A DNA stretch of 64,000 nucleotides, from NCBI GenBank assembly GCA_963708015.1, contig OY970185.1, positions 211,984-275,983 of the forward strand, read 5' to 3'. Below the pieces are notes generated by a model. That model searched no databases and was not told the origin of the DNA. It saw only the letters and a list, made by a program, of their open reading frames with translations. The stretch comes from an uncultured Chloroflexia bacterium. GTDB lineage: Bacteria; Chloroflexota; Limnocylindria; Limnocylindrales; CSP1-4. Position numbers and translations under genes: made by a program. Shown here piece by piece: positions 10,198 through 22,020 of this stretch; positions within the stretch are counted from its first letter, which is position 1, and each line of letters starts with the position of its first letter.

Positions 10198-11613
10198 GTG
10201 TTCGGGCCCGGCGGCTCGAGCGTTGAACTCCTCGTCCGGGGCGGGACGATCGTTACGCCAAGTGGCTCTCGCCGGGCCGACCTGGCGGTCGCAGGCGGCC
10301 GAATCAGTGCGATCGAACCCAACCTCGCCGGGCTGGCGGCCAACGCCCGGGAGGTCGTCGACGCGACCGGCCTCCTCGTCCTGCCGGGCATGGTCGACGT
10401 CCACACCCACACCCGCGTTGCGAGCGACGCCGAGCCCGATCGCTTCTTCCAGGACTCGGTTGCGGCGGCCTTCGGTGGGACGACCACGTTCCTGGCCTTC
10501 AACAATCCCGGCACGGGGTCGTCACCTGCGGCCGAGCGATCCCTCGTTGCCGGCCTGGCCGAATGGCGGGCTGCGACGAGCTCTGATTCGGCGGTCGACT
10601 ACGCGGTCAGCCTGGCCGTGAGCGGCCGGATGGAGGATCCGATCGCCGAGCTACCGGTGATCGTCGATGACGGCGTCCCGACCGCCAAGGCGTTCATGGT
10701 CTTCGACTTCCGGCTCGACGACGAGCGCCTGCGTCAGGCGATCGCGACGATGGGCCGGCGCGGGGGTCGGCTCGAGGTCCACTGCGAGGACCCGCTCATC
10801 ATCGACACCGAGGTCGCGGCGGCCCTGGCCCGGGGCGATACGGCGCCGCGCTTCCACGCCTCGTCCCGGCCGGCCCGAGCCGAGGCGATCGCGACGGCTC
10901 GGGCGATGGACTTCGCGGAGGCCGCGGATGCGCCGGTCCACGTCGTCCATCTCTCCTCGGCCGGCGCACTCGAGGCCATCCGGGCGGCCAAAGCCCGCGG
11001 CGTCCGCGCCTCGGCCGAGACCTGTCCCCACTACCTGGCCCTGACCGACGCCCGCTACCTCGATCCCGACGACCGGGAGGTCGCCAAGGTCGTCATCTCG
11101 CCGCCGCTCCGCTCCGCCGCGGATCGAGATGCGATGTGGGCCGGGCTGGCCGACGGCACGCTCGACCTGGTCGCAACCGACCACGTCCCGGATCGGGGCG
11201 CGGTCGAGAAACGGGTCGAGGGCGTCCCGTTCGACCGGATCAGCAACGGGGCGCCGGGGATCGAGACCCTGCTCGCGATCGCCTGGTCGGAGGGCGTGGC
11301 CCGCGGCAGGATCAGCCCCGAGCGCCTGGTCGAGCTGCTCGCCGCCGAGCCGGCTCGCCTGTTCGGACTCGGCTCGAAGGGCGTCCTGGAGCCAGGCCGC
11401 GACGCGGACTTCGTCCTGTTCGATCCCGCCGCCCGACGGACGATTCGGGCTGTCGAACTCCATCACACCTCGGACTACACTGCGTACGAGGGCCTGGCGG
11501 TGAGCGGAGCTGTCCGATCGGTCTTCGTCCGGGGCCGAGCCGTGATCCGCGACGGCCTGTTCGTCGGCCAGCGCGGCTACGGCCGGTTCGTCGAGCGGCG
11601 GTTGGGCGACTGA
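10198..11613 (+). CDS. allB: allantoinase / dihydropyrimidinase-family cyclic amidohydrolase
   Basis: The HxH motif VDVHTHTR, the carboxylated-Lys region AKAFMVF, and HVVHLSS / ATDHVP are present. The GTG at 10198 directly follows the DUF3830 stop. The ORF-track start at 10150 would overlap DUF3830 by 43 nt. Confidence 0.8.
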   Translation: MFGPGGSSVELLVRGGTIVTPSGSRRADLAVAGGRISAIEPNLAGLAANAREVVDATGLLVLPGMVDVHTHTRVASDAEPDRFFQDSVAAAFGGTTTFLAFNNPGTGSSPAAERSLVAGLAEWRAATSSDSAVDYAVSLAVSGRMEDPIAELPVIVDDGVPTAKAFMVFDFRLDDERLRQAIATMGRRGGRLEVHCEDPLIIDTEVAAALARGDTAPRFHASSRPARAEAIATARAMDFAEAADAPVHVVHLSSAGALEAIRAAKARGVRASAETCPHYLALTDARYLDPDDREVAKVVISPPLRSAADRDAMWAGLADGTLDLVATDHVPDRGAVEKRVEGVPFDRISNGAPGIETLLAIAWSEGVARGRISPERLVELLAAEPARLFGLGSKGVLEPGRDADFVLFDPAARRTIRAVELHHTSDYTAYEGLAVSGAVRSVFVRGRAVIRDGLFVGQRGYGRFVERRLGD

Positions 11614-11623
11614 TCAACCCGGA

Positions 11624-12691
11624 TTACTTCGGATCGGCCTCGATCGTGCCGCTCACGAGCCCCTGGCTGTCCTCGGTCAGGCTCATCCGGATCGACCAGA
11701 CCGAGCCGCTCGACGCACCCTGGCAGGTCGCGCTGAGGCCGCTGTCAGTCAGGCCCTCGATCGGGCCGGTGCAGGTGTCGCCGTTCGGTGCGAGCAAGGA
11801 CATCGTCGCTCCGCTGATCTCCAATCGGCCGCCCCGGACCGATGGGAACCTCAGGGTCAGGCGGTCCCCGCTCGAGGCGAGCACAGCCGTCATCGCGACC
11901 GATCCGTCGTCGGCCTGTTGAAGCTGTCCCGAGATCGAGTCCGAGAACGGCTGCCGCTGTGGAGCTGTGCTGGGTGCCGCCGATGGCTGGACCGGGCCAT
12001 CCGATGGGCTGGCGCCGGCCGCGTCCAGGATCGCGCTGCCGGAGCCGCGGCCATCATTGGCGATCGCATTCCAGCCCGGCTGGAGGGGACCGAGCCAGGC
12101 CCACATGCCGATCGCCATGGCGGCGGTCGTCGCAAGCACCGCCGGAATGGGGTGCGTCCGCTCTTCCGTCGGTGGAAAGGCCCGGACGAGGATCAGCGCC
12201 CCGACCAGGACGACGCTCCCTGCATAGACCGCGATGGCCCACGGCGTTCGAACGTCGCTTCCGGTGGCAATCCCATGGACGAGAGCAAGCCCGAAGATCG
12301 CAAACGAGAGCTCGTGGAAGCGACGCCACCACGTGTATCCGACATACGGTCGAACGCGCTCGCTCAGGTAGACCGCGATCAGCAGGTACGCCGCCACGAT
12401 CCCGAGGGCGATCCACAGCGGCCGGTAGTGGCTGACGAACGGGACGAGGACTTCGACCGGCGAGAATCCGATGAACGGATCGATCGCGACCATCAGCGTG
12501 TGGATGGCCGTGAAGACGAGGGCAAGAAGCGTGACGAAACGGTGGAGCTCGGTCGTGATGAACCGGGTCCAGCGCGGCGATCGCCATTTCAGGCTGACGA
12601 CGAGGCCGATGGCGACCGAGGCGGTCAGCAGCCCGTAGGCCATGAAGCCACCGGCCCGAGCGATCTCCCAGGTCAACGTCGAGGGAATCAC
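11624..12691 (-). CDS. ferric-reductase-like transmembrane (FRD) protein with a C-terminal putative flavinylated (FMN-bind-like) domain
   Basis: There are six hydrophobic helices with conserved His pairs (HRFVTLLALVFTAIHTL; FHELSFAIFGLALVHGIATG). An extracytoplasmic C-terminal domain contains RLEISGATMS, an SGAT flavinylation-type motif. The GTG at 12691 overlaps the ApbE stop (GTGA); an alternative ATG lies at 12643. The N-terminal ~110 aa of ORF 11624..13024 are wrong-frame read-through. Confidence 0.7.
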   Translation of the reverse strand: MIPSTLTWEIARAGGFMAYGLLTASVAIGLVVSLKWRSPRWTRFITTELHRFVTLLALVFTAIHTLMVAIDPFIGFSPVEVLVPFVSHYRPLWIALGIVAAYLLIAVYLSERVRPYVGYTWWRRFHELSFAIFGLALVHGIATGSDVRTPWAIAVYAGSVVLVGALILVRAFPPTEERTHPIPAVLATTAAMAIGMWAWLGPLQPGWNAIANDGRGSGSAILDAAGASPSDGPVQPSAAPSTAPQRQPFSDSISGQLQQADDGSVAMTAVLASSGDRLTLRFPSVRGGRLEISGATMSLLAPNGDTCTGPIEGLTDSGLSATCQGASSGSVWSIRMSLTEDSQGLVSGTIEADPK

Positions 12692-13644
12692 GCCACGCTC
12701 CACGTGCCGGCCGGCTGCTCGGTCCCGTCGGGCGCAATGAACATGCCGGCGAGGCCGTGCCGCTCGAGGAAGCGGGCACCGTCGAGCGGGCCGAGAAGGA
12801 ACGCTGCCTTGGCCGCCGCCTCGGCCTGGGTGCAGTTCGGCGCAGCGACCGAGGCGGACCAGAGCGCGGACGTGGACGGCATCCCCGTCCGCGGATCGAT
12901 CAGGTGATGTCGGAGAGCAGCACCCTGGCTCCAGCGCCGCCTGGACGTGCTCGATGTGGCGATCGCCCCGAACCGCAACGAGACGGTCCGGTCCTGCCGG
13001 GGACTTTCGATCGCGATCGACCACGAGTCGGAACCGGCGGGCAGGCCCAGGACTGCGAGATCGCCCCCCGCGTCAACGGCGGCCGTCTGGACTCCGCGTG
13101 CCGCCAACTGGGCGATTGCGGCGTCCACGGCCATCCCCTTGACCAGGCCGCCGAGGTCAATCCCGACGCCGGCCGGCAGCTCGACGATCCGGCCAGCGTC
13201 GAGTAGCCGGAGGTCGCGCCAGCCGCCGGTCTTGGCCGGCGGGCCGGTCATATCCGGGACCTGGGGGCGAGCCAGCACGGCACTGAAGTCCCGGTCGTAG
13301 CCGATCGACTCGAGCGAGGCCAGGAGCGTCGGATCGAACAGGCCATCGGTTGCCTGGGCGGCCTGCCTGGCCGTGGCAAGGACCCTGAACATGAGGTCAC
13401 TGACGACGCACGGCCGCCCGGCCGCCGCGTTCAACCCGCTCAGCTCGCTGTCGGGATCGAACCGGGAGAACCGCCCTTCCCAGTCCCGGAAGAGCGTCTC
13501 GACCGCTCCGGCCTCGGCCCGGCGCGAACCGGGCAGGAGGACCGAAACGCTCGTGCCCATCGCCTCGAAGGTGGCGCGGACGAGATCGCCCGGCGTCAGG
13601 AGCTGCTGGGCCGTCGGATCCCGTCGGGCCAACGGCGAACCCAT
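12688..13644 (-). CDS. apbE: FAD:protein FMN transferase (ApbE family)
   Basis: Shows ...FEAMGTSVSV..., LGGLVKGMAVD and the ApbE fold signature. The start was chosen at the internal Met (MGSPLARRDP) so that the gene does not overlap the upstream gene. Confidence 0.85.
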   Translation of the reverse strand: MGSPLARRDPTAQQLLTPGDLVRATFEAMGTSVSVLLPGSRRAEAGAVETLFRDWEGRFSRFDPDSELSGLNAAAGRPCVVSDLMFRVLATARQAAQATDGLFDPTLLASLESIGYDRDFSAVLARPQVPDMTGPPAKTGGWRDLRLLDAGRIVELPAGVGIDLGGLVKGMAVDAAIAQLAARGVQTAAVDAGGDLAVLGLPAGSDSWSIAIESPRQDRTVSLRFGAIATSSTSRRRWSQGAALRHHLIDPRTGMPSTSALWSASVAAPNCTQAEAAAKAAFLLGPLDGARFLERHGLAGMFIAPDGTEQPAGTWSVA

Positions 13645-13648
13645 CCCG

Positions 13649-13939
13649 TCAGGATCCGCCACTTGAGAGCATCGGCTGGCCGCCACCCAGAATGAGCGGA
13701 GGCTGGGCAACCGGCCCTACCACGCCGCCAGTCCCGGGCTGGCCGAAGAAGTCGCCCTGGGGCAGGACCAGCCCCGGCGTCGTTCCGTTCGCGTTCGACG
13801 GATCGTTGGCCGCAGGCGCATGCGCAGTCACCCCGACGACGTTGAACACAGCCAGGCCGAGGAATGCCCCGAAGGCCACAATCGAGGCTGCCGCGATCCG
13901 GCGGCGGGCGGCAGCCAGGAACGTGCGCGGGTCGGACAT
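13649..13939 (-). CDS. small membrane-anchored hypothetical protein (Gly/Pro-rich ectodomain)
   Basis: The internal Met of ORF 13649..14161 gives MSDPRTFLAAARRRIAAASIVAFGAFLGLAVFNVV (a single TM) followed by about 60 aa rich in G, P and Q. The start coordinate is uncertain by a base or two. Confidence 0.4.
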   Translation of the reverse strand: MSDPRTFLAAARRRIAAASIVAFGAFLGLAVFNVVGVTAHAPAANDPSNANGTTPGLVLPQGDFFGQPGTGGVVGPVAQPPLILGGGQPMLSSGGS

Positions 13940-14111
13940 CGGCGTCTTGATCGGCTCGGGCGCCTGCGGGACAGCCCGATACGTTTGGCCGCGCCGATCG
14001 TTCCCGACCCGCTGGATTCGACGCGCGCGCACTCTCTGATCCTGAGTTGACATCGAACCCGACGCTACGGTCGCGGGATGAGAAGAACCTGAAAATCGGA
14101 GCGAAGGCCCC

Positions 14112-15179
14112 TCATTGGAGCGAAACGGTGATGATCGAGGCAAGCGGCGCGACCGTCTCACCGCCGATCAGGTAGCCGACACCGTCGACGACGACTGCGG
14201 CCGCATCGGCGACCGGGTAGGGCAGGCGGCCGGCATTCGCGACCGCGCCAGTCGTGAGGTTGAGCAGCCAGAGCTCCGCCTGGGCTCGACCGGCGGACCG
14301 GCCGCCGGCGATCAGGACCCGATTCCCAATCACCAAGCCAGACCCATCGGAGATGGGTCGCGGGAGGTGGCCGACGATCCGAACGACACCGGACGACACG
14401 TCGACGCCCTGGATCGCCGAAGTCGCGCCGGAGGCAGTGCTCCCGCCGGCGACGTAGATCACCCCATCGAGGACAGCCACGGCCGGATAGCGGACCGCCA
14501 CGGGCAGCCGCGCGACGAGGCGAAACTGGTGACCGTCGGTCGTGGCCAGGACGCGACCGTCTGGTTGACCGGGCGTGCCTCCGCCGACCAGCACGATTTC
14601 GCTGCCGGTGGCCACGGCGACCAGGTCGGCTCGCGCCGCCGGCAACTGGCCGACAGCGATGGCTGTCCCGCCCGGGTCAACCCGCTGGACCGTCGAACCG
14701 GCGACGGTCCGACCGCCGCCGAAGACGTACGCCTGGCCGTCGAGTGCGGCACCGCCTGCGTCATGGACGGCTACGGCCAGCGAGCCGGCCCTTGAGATCC
14801 GGGCAGACCCGGGATCGAGCTCGAGGATCGAGCCCGTGGTCCCACCCGTTGACAGGCCGCCGCAGATCAGGACAACCGATCCGAGGTCGATTGCCACAGC
14901 TCGACTGCGGGCGGCCGGCATCCGGATCGCCGAGAGGGCGACTCGCACCGTTGGCGGAGCCCCGGACGCGTTCGGAACGGGCGCGCCAGCGCTCGCGGAC
15001 GGCGCCTCGGCCGATGCCGGGGGAAACGAGGCCGCGCCCGTCGCCGGGGAAAGCGAGGCCGCACCTGTCGGGGGGAAATCGGATGGTTGGGGTTGGCCGC
15101 AGCCAACGCTGATCAGAACGACGGCGCCGAGAGCAGCGGCGAGCCGCCGCCCACGGTTGCCCGACCCGGCCTGAGTCAA
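14112..15179 (-). CDS. Kelch-repeat beta-propeller protein, secreted/lipoprotein-like
   Basis: Repeated double-Gly Kelch motifs (YVFGGG, VLVGGG, IYVAGG, VLIAGG, GYLIGGE). A signal/lipobox-like LAAALGAVVLISVGCG is present. The TTG at 15179 overlaps the NHL stop (TTGA). Confidence 0.7.
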   Translation of the reverse strand: MTQAGSGNRGRRLAAALGAVVLISVGCGQPQPSDFPPTGAASLSPATGAASFPPASAEAPSASAGAPVPNASGAPPTVRVALSAIRMPAARSRAVAIDLGSVVLICGGLSTGGTTGSILELDPGSARISRAGSLAVAVHDAGGAALDGQAYVFGGGRTVAGSTVQRVDPGGTAIAVGQLPAARADLVAVATGSEIVLVGGGTPGQPDGRVLATTDGHQFRLVARLPVAVRYPAVAVLDGVIYVAGGSTASGATSAIQGVDVSSGVVRIVGHLPRPISDGSGLVIGNRVLIAGGRSAGRAQAELWLLNLTTGAVANAGRLPYPVADAAAVVVDGVGYLIGGETVAPLASIITVSLQ

Positions 15180-16390
15180 AGGCCCTGGATCATGCCGGGC
15201 GGGAGCAGGTTGACCCCGTCCGGGATGTTCAAGCGATCCGGGCCGCGACCGGCCAGCCCGGTCCGCCCGTACTGCCACAGGATCTTGCCGGTGATCGGAT
15301 TCAGGAAGATCACCCGATGCCGGAGATCGTCGTTGAGGACAAGCGTGCCGTCCGCCAGGGGAACGGCCAGGCTTGGATGGTCGAGCCGGCCGACCCCTGT
15401 CCGTGGGCCATACCTCCAGACAAGGTGGCCCGTTGGCGTTACGGCCACGACGGCCCCCGGATTCGAGTAGTCCGCGACGACGACATCGCCGTGTGAGTCG
15501 AGCTGCGCGTCGGACGGATAGGCGGTCGGGACATGGATGTTGAACACGACCTTGCCCGCGGCATTGAGGCGGACAACGCGCGAGCCCTTGATCTCGGTGA
15601 TCAGGATCCCGCCGTCAGGGAGCGGGGTGTCCCCGTTGGGCTCGTTGTAGGCGTAGGGCGGGGCGTCACGGCACACGCCCGTGTGGCCCCACGTCCGAAC
15701 GACGTGCTTGTCCGGGGCGATCTCGATGATCCGGCAATTACGGATGTCGGCCACGGTCACGTTTCCGTTGGCCAGGGGATAGGCGTCATCCGGGGTGTTG
15801 AGGAAGCCCGGGGCTGAACCCGTCCGGTTGTAGTGCCCGTACTGCCAGGTGATCCGCTTCGTGGCGATGTCGATCCGGACGAGGACCTGATGCATCTCCT
15901 CACTGGCCATGATCGTCTTGCCGTCCGGGGCGACGAACGCATCGTCGGCGCTGAACCCCTGCCCGGGGCTCAGGCTGCCGGCGACCGGAAAGCGCCACAG
16001 GACCTGGGCCTGGCTATTGACGATCAGGAGGCGCCCGTTGCCTCGGTCGGCGATCAGGAGGTCACCGGCGAAGACGCCATGGGTCACCGGAGTGGGAGCA
16101 GGGGTCGTAGCGGGCGTCGGGGCTAGCGTCGGGTCCAGTGCGGCGATGGACGGAGCGGTGCTCGCGGAAGGTGCGAGCGACGGGAACGCTCCCGAGGCTG
16201 GCGGACTGGTAGTCGCCAGGGCCTCTGGGTTGGGCTGGGTCGAGCTCGCGGCGGCTCCGGTCATGGCGATCGCCATGAGGATCAGCCCGACTGCAACCGC
16301 AGGCAGGGCACTGGCGAGGCGTGATCCTCCCCCTCCCGAACCGGACCGATGGGCCATCGCCTGCCGGCGGGATCTCGATCCGTTCGTCAC
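15176..16390 (-). CDS. NHL-repeat beta-propeller protein with an N-terminal membrane anchor
   Basis: Five or six NHL-like blades (ADRGNGRLLIV, ADIRNCRIIEI, TEIKGSRVVRL, ADYSNPGAVVAV, NDDLRHRVIFL). The hydrophobic N-terminus is AVAVGLILMAIAMTGAAA. The ATG forms an ATGA overlap with the GatD stop. Confidence 0.7.
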   Translation of the reverse strand: MTNGSRSRRQAMAHRSGSGGGGSRLASALPAVAVGLILMAIAMTGAAASSTQPNPEALATTSPPASGAFPSLAPSASTAPSIAALDPTLAPTPATTPAPTPVTHGVFAGDLLIADRGNGRLLIVNSQAQVLWRFPVAGSLSPGQGFSADDAFVAPDGKTIMASEEMHQVLVRIDIATKRITWQYGHYNRTGSAPGFLNTPDDAYPLANGNVTVADIRNCRIIEIAPDKHVVRTWGHTGVCRDAPPYAYNEPNGDTPLPDGGILITEIKGSRVVRLNAAGKVVFNIHVPTAYPSDAQLDSHGDVVVADYSNPGAVVAVTPTGHLVWRYGPRTGVGRLDHPSLAVPLADGTLVLNDDLRHRVIFLNPITGKILWQYGRTGLAGRGPDRLNIPDGVNLLPPGMIQGL

Positions 16391-17208
16391 CCTCGACCGA
16401 GCCGGGCCGGCTCAAGGGCCGTTCGCCGCCCCCTGTTGCGGAGGGCCACATCCTCGGCAAGGTCGTGGGCGCTTTGCTCGAGGGTGTCATCGAGTTCGGT
16501 GAGTTGGATCTGTCCGCCCACCTTGCGCTCGAGGACGATTCGGATCAGGTGATCCGCGAGCCACGGATTCTTGGGTAGAACCGGGCCGTGGAGGTAGGTG
16601 GCGTAGACGTTGTCGCGACGCGCTCCTTCGGTACCATCGCGTCCATTGTTGCCCGCTCCGGCGATCACGGTCCCGAACGGCCGCAGGCCGGGGCCGAGCT
16701 CGGTCAGTCCAGAGTGGTTCTCGAAGCCCACGATCGTCTGGACGCCGTCACCAAATCCCACCTGGCAGGCAGCGTGCTGCATGAATCGTTGTCCACCTGA
16801 CCGTGTCTCGAGGTCGAGCAAGCCGATCCCTTCGATGGCCGGGCCGGTCGCCGGAATATACCGATGCCCGAGGAGCTGCAGGCCGGCGCACACGGCGAAG
16901 ACTACGACACCTCGGTCAGCAGCATCCCGCAGGGTCGGCGCCTTGATCTGGAGGTCGCGGGCGGCAATCGCCATCTCAACATCCTGACCACCCTGGAAGA
17001 AGATCAAATCGAACGACGTGAGGTTCAGCGACTCACCGACCTCTACCGGCACAATCTCGGTGGCGATCCCACGCCAGCCAGCCCGGCGTTCAATCGCGAT
17101 GACATTGCCCCCATCGCCCGCGATGTTGAGCAGGGACGGATAGAGATGGGCGATCCTGATGACCGGATAGGGTCCGCTGGGTTTGCGCCGCGGCGGACCT
17201 TCATCCAT
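16387..17208 (-). CDS. gatD: lipid II isoglutaminyl synthase glutaminase subunit (GATase-1, CobQ-like)
   Basis: Catalytic Cys in VFAVCAGLQLLG and His in YATYLHGP. It lies immediately downstream of murT. The start was set at Met9 to avoid a 32-nt overlap. Confidence 0.85.
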   Translation of the reverse strand: MDEGPPRRKPSGPYPVIRIAHLYPSLLNIAGDGGNVIAIERRAGWRGIATEIVPVEVGESLNLTSFDLIFFQGGQDVEMAIAARDLQIKAPTLRDAADRGVVVFAVCAGLQLLGHRYIPATGPAIEGIGLLDLETRSGGQRFMQHAACQVGFGDGVQTIVGFENHSGLTELGPGLRPFGTVIAGAGNNGRDGTEGARRDNVYATYLHGPVLPKNPWLADHLIRIVLERKVGGQIQLTELDDTLEQSAHDLAEDVALRNRGRRTALEPARLGRG

Positions 17209-18592
17209 CGCGCAGCGGCCCGACCCAGCCACGACGGTTCATCAGGCTCCGCAGCTCGAGGGTCGGCGTGTAGCCCGCCAGGATCGTCAGGCGCCCGCCC
17301 GGCGCGATCGAGGCAAAGGCCGCATCGAGGGCCCGGCTGGCCGAGCCGAAGACCGTGATCGATCGTGGGTCGACCCCCGCATACTTGAGCCGGTTGGCCA
17401 GGTCCCAGGCTCGTGTTCCGGTCACCGTCACGCGCTCGAGGCGAGCCGCCGCAGATTCGAAATCGACATCCCACAACCAGGCGAAGTCCTCGCCATCGAC
17501 CTTCGTGTTGCTGGCGGCGACCAGGAGCTGGCGCGGCTCGCCGGCGAAGCGGAGGGCCTGCAGCGTCGTGTTATACGACGTCGGATTCTTCACGAAGCCG
17601 AGGACGATCCGGCGGTCCCCAATGTGGGCTGTTTCAAGGCGGCCGAATGCCGGCCGCACGGCCTCCAGCGCTTCGGCGGCATGGCTCAGCGGGACGTCGA
17701 GGCCAAGCATGACCGCAAGGGCAGCCGCCACGTCATACGCGATGTGGACACCCGCCTGGGGAATCCTGAGCACGAGCTCCGACGATCCGGCCTGGACGGT
17801 CAGGCTCGTCTCGGAAGCGCCGACTCGAAGCGCCGTAACGGCGACGTCCAGGGGCGGGCGCTTCAGGCCGCAGCCCGGGCAACGGTACGAGCCAAGATGG
17901 CTGAGGTAGACCTGCTCATACACGAGATCCGAGCGGCAACGCGGGCACCGGATCGAGTCCGCCGCCCTGGTGATCCGGTCCGTGGAGTGATCCAGGTCAA
18001 GCCCAAAGGTGACCCGCCGCCCCCGTCGTTCGGAGGCCAGCGAGGCGACCACCGGGTCATCGGCGTTGACGATCCAGGCGGTGTCCAGGGGCAAGGCTCG
18101 AGCGACCGCTTCGATCGCGTCGGAGACCGCGTGAAGCTCCCCGTACCGATCGAGCTGGTCGCGGAACAAGTCAAGGACCAGAACGGCACGGGGTACCAGC
18201 TCCGGCACGACCTGGGCCAGGGCACCCTCATCGACCTCGGCGACAAGCATTCCTTCAGCCAAGCGCCCGTGCAGATCGGCGTTGTTGACGGCAAGGCTCG
18301 TCACGCCTTGAACGAGGTTGGCCCCAGCGGCATTGCTCAGGGTGACGATGCCCTCGGCTCTGAGGAGTGCCGAAACCAGACGCCCGGTGGTCGTCTTGCC
18401 GTTGCTTCCGGCGATCACGATGGCCGGGACTTTGGCTTCGCCGACCAGGGTGCTCAGGACGGTTGGCTCGATCAGCCGGGCAATCAGGCCGGGCAGCGAG
18501 GTGCCGTCGCCCTTGCCGAGTCGCCGAGCAAGCGTGCCGGCCGTCTTGCCGGCCGCGATGGCGACCGCGAGGCGCGGCTTCACGTTCGCCAC
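17201..18592 (-). CDS. murT: lipid II isoglutaminyl synthase subunit MurT (Mur-ligase family, DUF1727 C-terminal domain)
   Basis: P-loop IAGSNGKTTT, the four-Cys ribbon CPRCRSD...CPGCG, and the DUF1727 C-terminal domain. Confidence 0.9.
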   Translation of the reverse strand: MANVKPRLAVAIAAGKTAGTLARRLGKGDGTSLPGLIARLIEPTVLSTLVGEAKVPAIVIAGSNGKTTTGRLVSALLRAEGIVTLSNAAGANLVQGVTSLAVNNADLHGRLAEGMLVAEVDEGALAQVVPELVPRAVLVLDLFRDQLDRYGELHAVSDAIEAVARALPLDTAWIVNADDPVVASLASERRGRRVTFGLDLDHSTDRITRAADSIRCPRCRSDLVYEQVYLSHLGSYRCPGCGLKRPPLDVAVTALRVGASETSLTVQAGSSELVLRIPQAGVHIAYDVAAALAVMLGLDVPLSHAAEALEAVRPAFGRLETAHIGDRRIVLGFVKNPTSYNTTLQALRFAGEPRQLLVAASNTKVDGEDFAWLWDVDFESAAARLERVTVTGTRAWDLANRLKYAGVDPRSITVFGSASRALDAAFASIAPGGRLTILAGYTPTLELRSLMNRRGWVGPLRDG

Positions 18593-18715
18593 AGGGTCGT
18601 TGGCTGCATCCGAGCAGGATGCGTGAACCGGGTGAGAGGACTCTGAGAATTAAGGCGCCCGTCAGACCCGATGAATTGCGATCACGATCGGGGCCCCGCG
18701 GCGCTGGAGTGACCC

Positions 18716-19051
18716 TCAGCCTGGTGCGTGCTCCTTGAGCTCCACGCCGATCACGTGAATGTCCTCGGACCCGTTGTTCTCGAGGGTGTGCAACGAGGTC
18801 GGCTCCTGGAACGTGACCCGCTCGTTGGCGAACGCGGGATCGGCCCGGGTGTCCCGCAGCACCTGGCCGTGCTCGTCGCGGCGGATCGAATGGTTGCCCG
18901 AGACGTGGTAGAGCAGCGTTGGGGTCAGGTGCGTGTGCAGCGGCGCCGTCGTGCCGACCGGGATCACAATGTCGAGCACCCGCACGAGCTCGTTCTCGAA
19001 GATCACCTTGTGGTTGTCGGGCGCAGCGATTGGTCCGTCGAGGTCGTCCAT
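18716..19051 (-). CDS. cupin domain protein
   Basis: 111 aa; cupin His motifs PLHTHLTPTLLYHVSGNH. Confidence 0.6.
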   Translation of the reverse strand: MDDLDGPIAAPDNHKVIFENELVRVLDIVIPVGTTAPLHTHLTPTLLYHVSGNHSIRRDEHGQVLRDTRADPAFANERVTFQEPTSLHTLENNGSEDIHVIGVELKEHAPG

Positions 19052-19121
19052 GCCGGGAAGTCTAGCCGCGGCCGGTACCCCGGCGAGCCCTCGGGCAGGT
19101 CGGCCGGTCGGCGGCAGTGCC

Positions 19122-21989
<2,868 letters not shown>

Positions 21990-22020
21990 TCTCGACTCCC
22001 TGTTCAGGGCTCGACGGTGC

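Noticed and set aside
13649-14161. The full-length 170-aa ORF upstream of apbE.
   Set aside because: The first ~74 codons are Arg/Ser-rich and overlap the Kelch gene end. Only the portion from the internal Met (a membrane anchor plus Gly/Pro-rich tail) looks coding, so a shorter CDS was reported.
18593-18715. A short hairpin GCATCC-n5-GGATGC between the cupin gene and murT.
   Set aside because: It has 6-bp arms and no T-rich tail. It may simply be chance in GC-rich DNA, so it was not called as a terminator.
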